From NCBI RefSeq assembly GCF_003231495.1, contig NZ_PQWO01000025.1, positions 1 through 32,000 on the forward strand: 32,000 nt of DNA, in the 5' to 3' direction. The stretch is from Acaryochloris thomasi RCC1774. Lineage in GTDB: Bacteria; Cyanobacteriota; Cyanobacteriia; Thermosynechococcales; Thermosynechococcaceae. This document shows positions 8,745 to 18,700 of the stretch, in pieces. The number at the start of each line of letters is the position of its first letter. Within the stretch, counting starts at the first letter, position 1. The notes under the pieces were generated by a model. It was given only the letters and a program-made list of their open reading frames with translations, was not told the origin of the DNA and did no database searches. The position numbers were made by a program, and so were the translations under genes.

Positions 8745-9761
8745 CTACTTTTTCATCACGACTCGATGCAACTCGGCCTCTTTCTGTTGAAAGAATAACC
8801 AGGCAATCGGGAAAAAAGTCATATACCGATTGAAGACTTCTAGACCGACCAAACCTATTGCCTTTTCTTGGTTGGCAGCTAAGCGGTCATACCATGCTTT
8901 AAGAGTTGGCTTGTAGTCATGAACTGAGTCGTGGGTAATCATAAAACCCGCACTCTCTGCAGCCTCAATATGACGGTGATGCATGACCAATAGAGAACCG
9001 GGGAAGAATAACTGCATCAATATTCCAGATACTGGGTAGGGTTCACGTTCAAAAGAGAAAAACTGATGAACGGCTAACCCCTTTGGCACAAGCGCATCAT
9101 AGATTTTTTGATAGACCGCTTTTAGCTCCTTGGGTTTGACATGCTCCAGTGATCCGATCGAGAGGATGCGATCGTAGGGGCCATCTTTGAACAGAGCCGT
9201 GACAAAATTGGTGAGGGATACATTCAAATCTAGTTTGTGTTGATCGTAAATGAGCTGTTCCTTTGATAGGGTAAATCCAGATAATTCACCACGATGCCCC
9301 GCATCTTGAATAAACCTCAGCATTGAACCCCAGCCACACCCAAGATCTAATAGCTTCTCATTACCGTTTAATTCCAAGAGAGAAAGCAGGTGTCGAGCTT
9401 TGTGTTCTTGCGCGGTTTCTAACGTATCCTGATTACTCTTAAATTCAGCACAAGTATAGAACTTGTATTGAGTATCAAGGAATAACGCATAGAACTCGTT
9501 CGATACATCGTAATGAGATTCAATACCGATTGCATGGTCTTGCTTCAGCATGGAGTCTAAATAGGCCTTCCGCTTTGACTCTGGGGGATAAGCTCTAGCA
9601 AAAAACTCAAGCCCAGCGGATCTAGGCTTGCTCCAGAAACTCCAGTTCTCTTCTGCGGGTAAGGGGGTTGGTGAATGAATCCTCTTGTTTGCGATCGCAT
9701 AAAGCAGACCGTAATTCATAAAATCAGAGGTAAAGTCGGATACTCTTTTTGGATAGTTCAT
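8745..9761 (-). CDS. Class I SAM-dependent methyltransferase, cyclopropane-fatty-acyl-phospholipid synthase family
   Basis: HYDVSNEFYALFLD, YTCAEF, LETAQEHKARHLL and LLDLGCGWGS are typical CFA-synthase-family blocks. Confidence 0.85.
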   Translation of the reverse strand: MNYPKRVSDFTSDFMNYGLLYAIANKRIHSPTPLPAEENWSFWSKPRSAGLEFFARAYPPESKRKAYLDSMLKQDHAIGIESHYDVSNEFYALFLDTQYKFYTCAEFKSNQDTLETAQEHKARHLLSLLELNGNEKLLDLGCGWGSMLRFIQDAGHRGELSGFTLSKEQLIYDQHKLDLNVSLTNFVTALFKDGPYDRILSIGSLEHVKPKELKAVYQKIYDALVPKGLAVHQFFSFEREPYPVSGILMQLFFPGSLLVMHHRHIEAAESAGFMITHDSVHDYKPTLKAWYDRLAANQEKAIGLVGLEVFNRYMTFFPIAWLFFQQKEAELHRVVMKK

Positions 9762-9853
9762 TCTGGCTACCTCTACTGATGAGTATGAATCTCATGATCG
9801 ACATCATCCTGAAACTCTGAACGCCTCTAGGCTCGTTCATTACGCACGAACCG

Positions 9854-10060
9854 CTAACTTACCGCTCCCTTGACGGACTTCTTCTCCTCCTGGTCAGCCT
9901 CCGGCAAGGTGAGATTGAAAACACCTTTGTCGTATTCGGCTTCAACATGATCAGGCTGAATGGGACTGGGCATCGAGATGACTCGCTCAAACTTGCCATC
10001 GTAGAACTCAGAGTGAGCTGTGCCTTCAGGCTCACTTTTTGATTCTGACTTCCGTTTCGA
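9854..10060 (-). pseudogene. Remnant of an hsp20 paralogue (last 68 codons only)
   Basis: Translation SKRKSESKSEPEGTAHSEFYDGKFERVISMPSPIQPDHVEAEYDKGVFNLTLPEADQEEKKSVKGAVS* aligns with the C-terminus of the hsp20 at 14266-14745. The N-terminal two thirds and a start codon are missing. Confidence 0.65.
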
Positions 10061-10091
10061 TCATAGAGAAAGAACTTGATGAACTTGTGAG
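10060..10091 (-). promoter_or_regulatory. Recurrent promoter-like module, instance C (minus strand, overlapping the ackA 3' end)
   Basis: The reverse complement reads CTCACAAGTTCATCAAGTT-ctttctc-TATGAT. It lies in the last codons and stop of ackA and points toward the hsp20 remnant and the methyltransferase gene. Confidence 0.45.
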
Positions 10092-11293
10092 GGATATGAA
10101 GTTAGGCAGCGCCAACAATCTTGGGCGATCGCCCAGTCTTCCTGGGTATGAATCACCAGCACGCGAACGCTAGATTCAGTAGTGGCAATATCCTGATCCA
10201 CTGGGTCGCTGTTGTTCTTAGCTGCGTCAATCTTCAATCCCAAAAACGCTAAAGCGTTACAGATTTCTGCGCGTACTCCTGCTGAATGTTCTCCAATTCC
10301 TGCAGTGAAGACAATGACATCGATACCGCCCAAGCTCATTAACATTGAACCCAGGCAGGATTGTAAGCGATGGAGATAGAGATCCCGTGCTAGTTTGGCC
10401 TGCTTGTTGCCCTGTGCGATCGCATCATCAATCTCGCGCATATCATGGGAGATCCCCGAAATGCCCTTGAGGCCAGATTCTTTATTGAGCATCTGATCAA
10501 GCTGATCGGCAGAATAGCCCTGGCGCATCAAGTGAATCAAAATGCCAGGATCAACCGCTCCCGACCGCGTACCCATCATCAATCCGTCTAACGGTGTATA
10601 TCCCATCGTGGTGTTGATGCTCCTACCACTCTTTACCGCCGTCAGAGAAGCCCCATTCCCTAGGTGACAAACGATCAATCGCTCCACCTCTCGCCCCAGG
10701 ATCTGAGCAGTCCGCTGAGTGCAGTACTGATGACTAATGCCGTGGAAGCCATAGCGACGAATGTCCTGCTCAATCCAGTTATAGGGGCCGGGATAGGTGG
10801 CGGCAATATCGGGGATGCGACTGTGAAAGGCGGTATCGAAAACAGCGATTTGAGGCACATTGCCAAGAAGCTCCTCTATGATTTCGATGCCTTCTAGGTT
10901 GGCCTCATTGTGGGTTGGCGCTAGGGGGATTAGGGATGCGATCTCATCCTTGACCTCATCCGTCACCACACTCGCTTGGTACTTCTGTCCTCCATGCACA
11001 ACCCGATGCCCCACAACATCAATCTCTTGCAGGTTTTGAATCACTTGAGTCCGTCCCTGCCAAAGTGTCATTAATAGATGCAGAAGAGCGTCAGCTCGAG
11101 AGACCGACAATAATTCCTCTTCTAGCTTCTCCCCCGCCGCAGTTCTGACAAGCAAGGCCGCATTATCTGGACGATGCCAATCCAGTTGAGCCTCCCAAAG
11201 TGGTGCTGGTGGAGCATCTGGGAACAACTCTTCAATCTTGTACAGGCAACACTTATGGCTACTGGACCCTGCATTGAGGACTAAAATCTTCAT
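10061..11293 (-). CDS. ackA: Acetate kinase
   Basis: MKILVLNAGSSSHK start, VGHRVVHGG, AFDTAFH, YGFHGISH and FTAGIGE are canonical AckA motifs. Confidence 0.92.
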   Translation of the reverse strand: MKILVLNAGSSSHKCCLYKIEELFPDAPPAPLWEAQLDWHRPDNAALLVRTAAGEKLEEELLSVSRADALLHLLMTLWQGRTQVIQNLQEIDVVGHRVVHGGQKYQASVVTDEVKDEIASLIPLAPTHNEANLEGIEIIEELLGNVPQIAVFDTAFHSRIPDIAATYPGPYNWIEQDIRRYGFHGISHQYCTQRTAQILGREVERLIVCHLGNGASLTAVKSGRSINTTMGYTPLDGLMMGTRSGAVDPGILIHLMRQGYSADQLDQMLNKESGLKGISGISHDMREIDDAIAQGNKQAKLARDLYLHRLQSCLGSMLMSLGGIDVIVFTAGIGEHSAGVRAEICNALAFLGLKIDAAKNNSDPVDQDIATTESSVRVLVIHTQEDWAIAQDCWRCLTSYPSQVHQVLSL

Positions 11294-11567
11294 TGCCGCT
11301 CATGCCCCTGTATCGTCTTCAGACTTAAATCGCGTGGCTCTAACTTAATCCTTTCCTCACCGGTCTCAGGACACCAAACCCATTCTTTTTTGGACTCTCC
11401 CCCTAGAAGTGGAGCCACTGCGTATTCCTGGCGGAACGCTTCGCGACGGGGCGGGTTCCCTGACTCCACAGGACATAGCCAGTAGCGTGGGGGCTGGGGG
11501 GGCCAGTGAAACGCTTCAGGCCACCTAGAACATCTTGGATCGACAGTAGAGGAAAGAGCTGAGCGCC

Positions 11568-14042
11568 TTATTCACAACCCTCAGAGTAAGGCCACTTCCA
11601 ATCTACAATCTCATCTTGGTCTTTACCATGCTCATGGGCATAGGCCAGACATTCGATAATCTTGTTGCGCATTCTTTCCTTGGCATGACCTGCCGCTGAA
11701 CCCAGCTTGGGCACCCGATCGATCACATCAATCACCAAATTAAAACGATCTACCTCATTCTTAATCGCCAGCTCCAGCGGCGTATTGATGTTGCCCTGTT
11801 CCTTGTAGCCGCGCACATGAATGCGCTCTTGGTTGGAGCGACGGTAGACAAGCTTGTGAATCAGCCAGGGATAGCCATGAAAGTTAAAGATAATCGGCTT
11901 GTCGGTTGTAAATAGAGAATCAAAGTCCCGATTCGATAACCCGTGGGGATGCTCCCCTTCCGACACCAGCTTGAATAGATCCACCACATTTACAAACCGC
12001 ACTTTGAGCCAAGGAAATTCATCTCGTAAAATCGCCGTTGCTGCTAGCGACTCCATCGTCGGAATATCGCCACAACAGGCCATCACCACATCCGGTTCAT
12101 CCGGCTCAGTACCGCAGTCATCATTGCTGGCCCAGTCCCAAATGCCGATTCCCTTCGTGCAGTGGGCAACTGCCTCATCCATCGATAGATACTGCAGGTG
12201 ATTCTGCTTGTCAGAGATGATCACATTGATGTAATCCACACTGCGGAAGCAATGATCTGCCACCGACAGCAAACAATTAGCATCCGGTGGGAAGTAGACC
12301 CGCACTACGTCTGGACTCTTGTTCGTTACCAAATCCACATAGCCCGGATCTTGGTGGCTAAAGCCATTATGGTCTTGTCGCCACACTAGCGAAGAGAGCA
12401 GAATATTTAACGAGGAAACTGACCGTCGCCAAGGGACATGATTCCGGCAGATATCTAACCATTTGGCATGTTGGTTAAACATCGAATCGACCACGTGAGC
12501 AAAGGCTTCGTAGGTGTGAAAGAGGCCGTGGCGTCCGGTGAGCAGGTAGGTTTCCAGCCAGCCCTGCAGCGTATGCTCGCTGAGCATCTCCATTACGCGG
12601 CCATCACGGGCGAGTTCGGTCCCGTCTTCATCTTCGGGATATATATCCGCCATCCAAACTTTCTTGGTGACTTGATAGACATCCTGGAGGCGATTCGAGG
12701 CGGTTTCATCCGGTCCCATCAACCGGAAGTTGTCAGGATTGTCCCGCATGATCTCCCGCATGAATAGACCCAGTGCCTTCGTATTCTCAAACTCCACGTT
12801 GCCGCGCTGGTCGCCGATATCGATGGCAAGATCATTGAAGTCGGGCAGCTTCAGCGCCTTCCGCAATAGGCCGCCATTGGCGTGGGGGTTGGACCCCATA
12901 CGACGATTTCCTTCCGGTGCCAGTGCCTTCAGCTCTGGGATCAGTGCCCCAGATTCATCAAATAGCTCTTCCGGCTTGTAGCCGCGCATCCATTCTTCGA
13001 GCTTAAGCAGGTGATCAGGGTTGTCGTGCATCCCACCCATCGGGACTTGATGCGATCTCCAAAAATCTTCGACCTTCTTTCCGTCTACTTCTTGTGGTCC
13101 CGTCCAGCCCTTCGGAGTCCGCAGCACAATCATCGGCCAACGAGGGCGCTCAATCTTGCCCGTGGTGCGGGCTTCTTGCTGCACTTCCCGAATCTTGAGA
13201 ATGCACTCCTCCATGACCGCCGCCATTTTATGATGCATCTCTGCCGGATTCTTGCCCTCAACAAAATAGGGCGTGTAGCCATAGCCCTTGAACAGACACT
13301 CCAGCTCTTCATGGGAGATCCGGGCCAGAATCGTGGGGTTCGCAATCTTGTAGCCGTTCAGATTCAGAACCGGGAGCACGGCACCATCACGAACCGGGTT
13401 GATGAACTTATTAGAGTGCCAAGAGGTCGCCAGCGGCCCTGTCTCTGATTCACCATCACCCACCACACAGGTCACAATCAAATCCGGGTTGTCTAAAACT
13501 GCACCGTAGGCGTGGGAAACGCTATAGCCCAGCTCTCCGCCCTCATGAATGGACCCTGGTGTTTCAGGCGTTACGTGACTCCCGATAAAGCCAGGGAAGG
13601 AGAACTGCTTGAAGAACCGCTGCATTCCTTCGGCGTCTTCGCTTTTGTCGGGATAGATTTCAGAATAGGTTCCTTCCAAATACACCGGCCCCAAAACACC
13701 GGGTGCTCCATGACCTGGACCAGCCATGAAGATCATGTCGAGGTCGTATTTTTTGATCAGCCGATTGCAGTGAATATAGGTAAAACTCAATGCGGGAGAG
13801 GCTCCCCAATGTCCCAGTAGTCGATGCTTCACCTGCTCAGCCTTTAGTGGCTCCTTGAGCAGGGGGTTTTCTCGTAAGTAAATCATCCCAACGGCGAGAT
13901 AGTTGCAGGCTCGCCAATAAGCATTAATCTGCTTCAACTCGCTTTCAGTTAAGGATTCTGACTGGGAATCTGTGGGTTGAATAGGTGTTTGAACCATGAG
14001 TCTCTCTATTGAAATTGCTGCAAGTTCGGCATTTGAGGGCAC
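11568..14042 (-). CDS. xfp: Phosphoketolase (xylulose-5-P/fructose-6-P phosphoketolase)
   Basis: 824 aa. [32 protein letters not shown] and [15 protein letters not shown] match the XFP family. All plus-strand ORFs between 11899 and 13820 are shadow ORFs. Confidence 0.93.
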   Translation of the reverse strand: MPSNAELAAISIERLMVQTPIQPTDSQSESLTESELKQINAYWRACNYLAVGMIYLRENPLLKEPLKAEQVKHRLLGHWGASPALSFTYIHCNRLIKKYDLDMIFMAGPGHGAPGVLGPVYLEGTYSEIYPDKSEDAEGMQRFFKQFSFPGFIGSHVTPETPGSIHEGGELGYSVSHAYGAVLDNPDLIVTCVVGDGESETGPLATSWHSNKFINPVRDGAVLPVLNLNGYKIANPTILARISHEELECLFKGYGYTPYFVEGKNPAEMHHKMAAVMEECILKIREVQQEARTTGKIERPRWPMIVLRTPKGWTGPQEVDGKKVEDFWRSHQVPMGGMHDNPDHLLKLEEWMRGYKPEELFDESGALIPELKALAPEGNRRMGSNPHANGGLLRKALKLPDFNDLAIDIGDQRGNVEFENTKALGLFMREIMRDNPDNFRLMGPDETASNRLQDVYQVTKKVWMADIYPEDEDGTELARDGRVMEMLSEHTLQGWLETYLLTGRHGLFHTYEAFAHVVDSMFNQHAKWLDICRNHVPWRRSVSSLNILLSSLVWRQDHNGFSHQDPGYVDLVTNKSPDVVRVYFPPDANCLLSVADHCFRSVDYINVIISDKQNHLQYLSMDEAVAHCTKGIGIWDWASNDDCGTEPDEPDVVMACCGDIPTMESLAATAILRDEFPWLKVRFVNVVDLFKLVSEGEHPHGLSNRDFDSLFTTDKPIIFNFHGYPWLIHKLVYRRSNQERIHVRGYKEQGNINTPLELAIKNEVDRFNLVIDVIDRVPKLGSAAGHAKERMRNKIIECLAYAHEHGKDQDEIVDWKWPYSEGCE

Positions 14043-14233
14043 TGAGGCTATTAATATTGCTCAAAGCCTATCAAATTGATGGTTGGGGCACAGTTGCCTG
14101 GACAACAGTTCAAATCGTTGGCTCTTGTTCTGTCGATCTCAGGCTTCTGTTGTGGCTGCAATAAGTAACGCGATCGCATCCCACAGATCGGAGATGAGAT
14201 CGCAACTACAAGTCAATAACGCAATAACCAGAA

Positions 14234-14258
14234 TGCCGTTAGGCGATTTCATACGGCA
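14234..14258 (-). terminator. Possible stem-loop terminator after hsp20
   Basis: On the minus strand, TGCCGT-13 nt-ACGGCA is followed by ttctggttattg, starting about 8 nt after the hsp20 stop. The stem is short (6 bp). Confidence 0.3.
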
Positions 14259-14265
14259 TAAACCG

Positions 14266-14745
14266 CTAACTTACTTTCACCTTGACGGACTTTCTTTCCT
14301 CCTTCTCAGACTTGGGCAAGGTGAGATTGAGAACGCCGTTGTTGTATTCAGCTTCAACGTGATCGGGCTGAATGCGGCTGGGCATAGGAATCACCCGCTC
14401 AAACTTGCCATAGTGGAACTCAGAGCGAACGGTACCTTCAGACTCAGTCTCAGATTCAGTCTTCCGTTCTCCCTTTACTGAAACGGCATTTTCTGTAACT
14501 TCGACATTGAGGTCTTTGGCATCTAGACCAGGGACTTCGAGCTTAAGATGAACTTCTGTGTCGGTTTCATCCATCTCTACTGAGGGGATAAAGGCGAGGC
14601 CATCTTCCCCTGCAGCATCTGGCATCCACCGCTCAAACATCCGATCCATCTCGCGCCGTAGGGTTTCCATCTCATGGAAAGGTTCCCAGCCAAAGGGCTG
14701 CCAGCGTTCAAGACCACGGAACGGATCACGACGAACAATAGACAT
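14266..14745 (-). CDS. hspA: Small heat-shock protein, Hsp20/alpha-crystallin family
   Basis: The segment VEMDETDTEVHLKLEVPGLDAKDLNVEV...GKFERVIPMPSRIQPDHVEAEYNNGVLNLTLPK is a typical alpha-crystallin domain. Confidence 0.9.
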   Translation of the reverse strand: MSIVRRDPFRGLERWQPFGWEPFHEMETLRREMDRMFERWMPDAAGEDGLAFIPSVEMDETDTEVHLKLEVPGLDAKDLNVEVTENAVSVKGERKTESETESEGTVRSEFHYGKFERVIPMPSRIQPDHVEAEYNNGVLNLTLPKSEKEERKSVKVKVS

Positions 14746-14849
14746 AATCTCCTCTCCTAGTGTTCAACGACATCACGGGGATATCCCAACTGCAGTTTGA
14801 GCAAACACTACTACGTTGCAACTGTAGGGATTACCCTCGCTCTACTTTG

Positions 14850-14881
14850 ATCGTAGAGAAAGACTTTGATGAACTTGTGAG
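14850..14881 (-). promoter_or_regulatory. Recurrent promoter-like module, instance D (minus strand, upstream of hsp20)
   Basis: The reverse complement reads CTCACAAGTTCATCAAAGT-ctttctc-TACGAT, about 105 nt upstream of the hsp20 ATG. Confidence 0.5.
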
Positions 14882-14916
14882 GATGTGGCTGGTGGAGAAT
14901 TAGGGAGATAGAGGGG

Positions 14917-14954
14917 GGATTTTGAGTCTTGAAAGATGAGTTTCGAGTTGGGGA
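14917..14954 (+). repeat. TGAGTTT-rich dispersed repeat, copy R2
   Basis: ggattttgagtcttgaaagatgagtttcgagttgggga, flanked by direct GGGAGATAG(A/G)GGGG repeats (about 14903-14917 and 14951-14964). Confidence 0.5.
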
Positions 14955-15090
14955 GATAGGGGGTGAAGGTGATTGAATTTTTTGACGTACTCCCACGGAT
15001 AAATCGAGTGGGATTCAGCGCGACCGAAAGAGTGTTCAGCTTTTTGTGTGAGCAGTATTTTCGTCAATAACTGAATCGTTCTGGGAACGT

Positions 15091-16233
15091 TCACCCGCCT
15101 CGATCAGCTTTCCCCTTTGTTATTTCTGTCTGGTAGAGTAAAGTAAAACGCTGTGCCCACACTGGGTTCAGACACAACCCAAATTTGTCCCCCATGATGC
15201 TCAACGACCTTTTTGCAGGTTCGAGGCCAATCCCTGTGCCAGGGTATTCCTGTTGAGAATGAATTCGTTGAAAGGCTTTGAAAATTTGCTCGGATTGAGT
15301 TGAATCGATCCCAATCCCGTTATCGTGAACGCCAAACAGCCATTCATCTGGACGATACTCCGCCGAAATTCTGACCTGGATCGGTTCTTCTGGACGGTGA
15401 AACTTGATGGCATTGTCGATCAAGTTTTGGAACAGTACTGCAAGCAGGACTGCATCTGCCATCACCGTAGGCAGCGGATCATGGGTGATGGTTGCCCCCT
15501 GTTGGTCGATGGCGATCTGCATATTTGCCAACACTTGGGCCAATAACGTCTCGCAGTCTGTCGGTTCTAATGGCTTGGGTTCGGCTCCAATGCGACTGTA
15601 GGTGAGCAGATCTTCAATGAGGTCTTTCATCTGCGTTGATGCAGTGGTGATTCGAGCTACAAACTCTAGTCCTTCGTTACCTAGATTCTGCTCAAACTTG
15701 AATCCCAGTAGCTTGGCAAAGCCAAGGATGACCTGTAAGGGTTGCTGCAAATCATGAGAAACCACATAGGCAAATTGTTCGAGCTGTCGATTAGAATGCA
15801 GCAGCTCTTCGTTTTGGGCAACCAACTTTTCACGGAGTCGAGTGATGGTCAGTTGATTCTCAACCCGAACGATAACTTCCTCGGTTTGGAAGGGCTTGGT
15901 GATGTAGTCCACACCTCCTACTTCAAACGCTGTGACCTTATCGAGAGTATCGTCCAGGGCGCTGAGGAAGATAACTGGAATATCGTAGGTTTTGACATTA
16001 GCCTTGAGCTGCTGACAGACTTCGTAGCCATTCATCTCTGGCATTCTAATATCGAGCAATACCAAATCCGGCGGGTCCATTTGGACTGCCGATAGAGCCA
16101 TCGCACCGTTCTTCACAGCTCGGACTTCATAGCCCTGCTCTGTGAGGGTTTTAGACAACAGCCGCAGGTTCTCTGGGGTGTCATCTACGATCAGAATGTC
16201 GCCTTTGTTTTCGTCGATATTAGGGGGCGTCAT
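15091..16233 (-). CDS. Receiver (REC) - HisKA - HATPase hybrid histidine kinase with an apparent frameshift near the 3' end
   Basis: [13 protein letters not shown] (REC), SHDLQQPLQ (H box), DNAIKF and GTGIGL (ATPase). After GTGIGL the conserved continuation [30 protein letters not shown] is encoded in a different frame, which stops at 15104-15106. Confidence 0.85.
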   Translation of the reverse strand: MTPPNIDENKGDILIVDDTPENLRLLSKTLTEQGYEVRAVKNGAMALSAVQMDPPDLVLLDIRMPEMNGYEVCQQLKANVKTYDIPVIFLSALDDTLDKVTAFEVGGVDYITKPFQTEEVIVRVENQLTITRLREKLVAQNEELLHSNRQLEQFAYVVSHDLQQPLQVILGFAKLLGFKFEQNLGNEGLEFVARITTASTQMKDLIEDLLTYSRIGAEPKPLEPTDCETLLAQVLANMQIAIDQQGATITHDPLPTVMADAVLLAVLFQNLIDNAIKFHRPEEPIQVRISAEYRPDEWLFGVHDNGIGIDSTQSEQIFKAFQRIHSQQEYPGTGIGLEPAKRSLSIMGDKFGLCLNPVWAQRFTLLYQTEITKGKADRGG

Positions 16234-16275
16234 ATATACAACTTACTAAACGTAAGTTTCGGAAAGCGTTGAGCG

Positions 16276-18300
16276 TTACTGCTGGGTGAGCGTTAGGATC
16301 TTTTCAAAATCAAAGCAATTGACGAGATCCGTTAGTCCCTTGGCTAGTATGGCGTGTTCTGCAGGAATTTGCTCAATCAGTGACTCCATTTTCTTGGCTC
16401 TCGCACTGACTGCTGCTTGCTGGAGTTCTGCGATCCAGTCGGTTGACATCACCCTGATATCGGTGGCTGTCACCTCAGAAGGACTAGGTGTTGAGGGTTG
16501 AGGACTGTCTTTATAGACGTAACGGACCCCGAGGTACTCTGCCATTTTCTCGAAGATGGTGCTTTCTAGAAAGGGTTTGTGGACAAGGTCGTCACACCCT
16601 GCCGCCAGGATTTGTTCTCTGTCTTGGTCTAGGGCGCTGGCCGTGAGGGCAATAATCACGGTATCTTGCTCTTTCATCTGAGCCTTGATCTGTTGAGTGG
16701 CTTCGTAACCATCCATCACGGGCATTCGCATATCCATCCAAATCAGATGCGGCTGCCAACTATTCCATAGGTCGATGGCGATATGTCCATTTTCGGCTTC
16801 CTTTACCTCAAATCCAAGTGGCTTTATAAGCCTAACCATCAGCTTTCGGTTCTCTAGTCGATCTTCAACGATTAAGATTCGGTAGACGGGTTGGTCTGGG
16901 GCTAGCTTAATGACTCGCCGAGGGGTGGGTTGGGGTTGGCTCTCTGCTGCACCCGCCAGATGAACTCGGACGTTGAATTGAAACGTGGTCCCTTGCTTCA
17001 CTGTGCTTTTTAAGGTCAGACTGCCCCCCATCAACTGTACAAAGTGCCGACTAATGGGTAAACCGAGACCGCTCCCTTGTTGCGACTGGCGGCCCGTTTC
17101 GGTTTGGGCGAACGCGGCGAACAGTTGATCGACTTCTTCAGGATCAATTCCTGGCCCTGTATCTTCAACTTCAAAATGGAGGTCAGGCTGAAGGCTACCG
17201 TTTTCAGATTCGTTTTCAGATTCCTGCGGCTCCACTCGCACCCGGAGGGTGACTTGCCCCGTTTCTGTAAATTTGATCGCATTCCCCAATAGGTTAATCA
17301 AAACCTGGCGCAGCTTTCCTTCCTCTGTCCGCACATATTGAGGAACGTTGGGTTTGCGATCGCAAACCAGTTTCAGCCCCTTCGTTTGAGCACGCAGGCT
17401 CAGCATCTGGGTTAGGTTATCAAGAAGACCATGCAAGTCAAAGCTATGTTCATTGAGGGTCACTCGACCGGCTTCAATCTTGGACATTTCTAGAATGTCG
17501 TTAATCAATTCCAGCAGATGTCCGCCACTGCGATTGATGATGCTGAGATTTTCTTTTTGAGCAGCAGTCAGGGCAGAGTCACGATTCATGAGCTGAGAGA
17601 AGCCCAAAATGGCATTGAGGGGGGTCCGCAGTTCATGGCTCATGTTGGCAAGGAACCCACTTTTGGCGCGGTTGGCAACCTCTGCCGCTTCTTTGGCCTG
17701 CTGGAGTTCGGTCTCTACCCGTTTGCGATCGCTAATATCGCGCAAAATCGCTGTAAAGACTTTTTGGTCTCCGAGGTGCAGTTGAGAAATCGAAGCTTCG
17801 GCAGGAAACTCTGTGCCATCCTTGCGGCGACCAAAGACCTCACTGCGATCGCCCATTGCTCTTGCAGTGGTAGAAGACGTTCCAAATTCTTTCAAGTGCT
17901 GGCGATGGATGGAGACGGCGCGTTGCGGCATCAGGATATCGAGGGATTCACCCAGCACTTCATCGGCGGTGTACCCAAATATGCCTTCTGCTCCTTTATT
18001 GAAGCGGGCAATCTTTTGATGTTTGTCCACCGAGATAATGGCATCGTTGGCAATATCAAGAATTCCCGACAGCATTGCTTCTGAACCCCGCAGAGCTGAT
18101 TCTATCTCTCGGTTTTGGGAATCTTGTTGCAACTGTTCATGTGCCTTTTGCAGTGCCTCAGTGAGCTGTTTTGTTCGACCTGTCGCACGGCTAATCAATA
18201 CAGCCAGGGTGAAGGTTCCTAATATCCCCAGAGCTGCTAAGAGTGGATGCCCCGTCAATGCGGTCAGGACATGATTATGAAAAGGGTCTGAGGATGTCAT
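16276..18300 (-). CDS. Hybrid sensor histidine kinase (TM - PAS - HisKA - HATPase - REC - C-terminal helical tail)
   Basis: N-terminal TM segment, a PAS-like region (ISVDKHQKIARFNKGAEGIFGY), SHELRTPLNAILGF, GNAIKFT, DTGPGI, GSGLGL, and REC (LIWMDMRMPVMDG). Confidence 0.9.
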   Translation of the reverse strand: MTSSDPFHNHVLTALTGHPLLAALGILGTFTLAVLISRATGRTKQLTEALQKAHEQLQQDSQNREIESALRGSEAMLSGILDIANDAIISVDKHQKIARFNKGAEGIFGYTADEVLGESLDILMPQRAVSIHRQHLKEFGTSSTTARAMGDRSEVFGRRKDGTEFPAEASISQLHLGDQKVFTAILRDISDRKRVETELQQAKEAAEVANRAKSGFLANMSHELRTPLNAILGFSQLMNRDSALTAAQKENLSIINRSGGHLLELINDILEMSKIEAGRVTLNEHSFDLHGLLDNLTQMLSLRAQTKGLKLVCDRKPNVPQYVRTEEGKLRQVLINLLGNAIKFTETGQVTLRVRVEPQESENESENGSLQPDLHFEVEDTGPGIDPEEVDQLFAAFAQTETGRQSQQGSGLGLPISRHFVQLMGGSLTLKSTVKQGTTFQFNVRVHLAGAAESQPQPTPRRVIKLAPDQPVYRILIVEDRLENRKLMVRLIKPLGFEVKEAENGHIAIDLWNSWQPHLIWMDMRMPVMDGYEATQQIKAQMKEQDTVIIALTASALDQDREQILAAGCDDLVHKPFLESTIFEKMAEYLGVRYVYKDSPQPSTPSPSEVTATDIRVMSTDWIAELQQAAVSARAKKMESLIEQIPAEHAILAKGLTDLVNCFDFEKILTLTQQ

Positions 18301-18633
18301 ACCTGTATAGGAGCCTCAAAATATCATCATCCAACATCAACATCCCGAACAGGAGCCTGGATGCTGGCTGACTCGAATTCTAATCTACTCAGAGGTGATT
18401 GAGAGAGTAGCGCGTGCAGGCTTGGCTGTTCGATCAGGGAAAGCCGTTTGGCAAATTCTTGGGATGAAGGGGACGGTGACTGTTCTCGATTGTCAGATGA
18501 AGTTGTATGAGGCATAACAATGCAGTCTTGACCGGATATTTAGCAGGCCGTGATGCTTGTAATGATGCGATCTTAACTCCTGCTGTCTCAGCATATCTCT
18601 TAGAGAGGTGGAGCACGATCGCTAATGAGCATC

Positions 18634-18665
18634 CACACAAGTTCCTCAATTCGCTTCTTTAGGCT
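18634..18665 (+). promoter_or_regulatory. Recurrent promoter-like module, instance E
   Basis: CACACAAGTTCCTCAATTC-gcttctt-TAGGCT, immediately upstream of the ABC ATPase gene. Confidence 0.45.
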
Positions 18666-18700
18666 GAGATGTGAGGCGATTGCTCTCTTCTATTAACTCA

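Noticed and set aside
11899-13820. Series of plus-strand ORFs (60-145 aa) across the phosphoketolase locus
   Set aside because: All lie antisense inside a strongly supported 824-aa xfp CDS. Their translations are low-complexity (Ser/Arg/Pro-rich), as is typical of shadow frames.
14083-14481. 132-aa plus-strand ORF opposite hsp20
   Set aside because: It overlaps the well-supported hsp20 CDS on the other strand and has no recognisable motifs.
14746-14849. Possible RNA thermometer in the ~100-nt hsp20 leader
   Set aside because: The leader contains small palindromes (for example gggattaccc). I found no anti-SD or U-rich stretch able to sequester the GGAGAGGAG Shine-Dalgarno region, so there is no support from sequence alone.
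18387-18405. Weak motif-like sequence (reverse complement CTCTCAATCACCTCTGAGT) upstream of the hybrid kinase gene
   Set aside because: It has several mismatches at otherwise invariant positions, and no TAnnnT lies at the fixed 7-nt distance.
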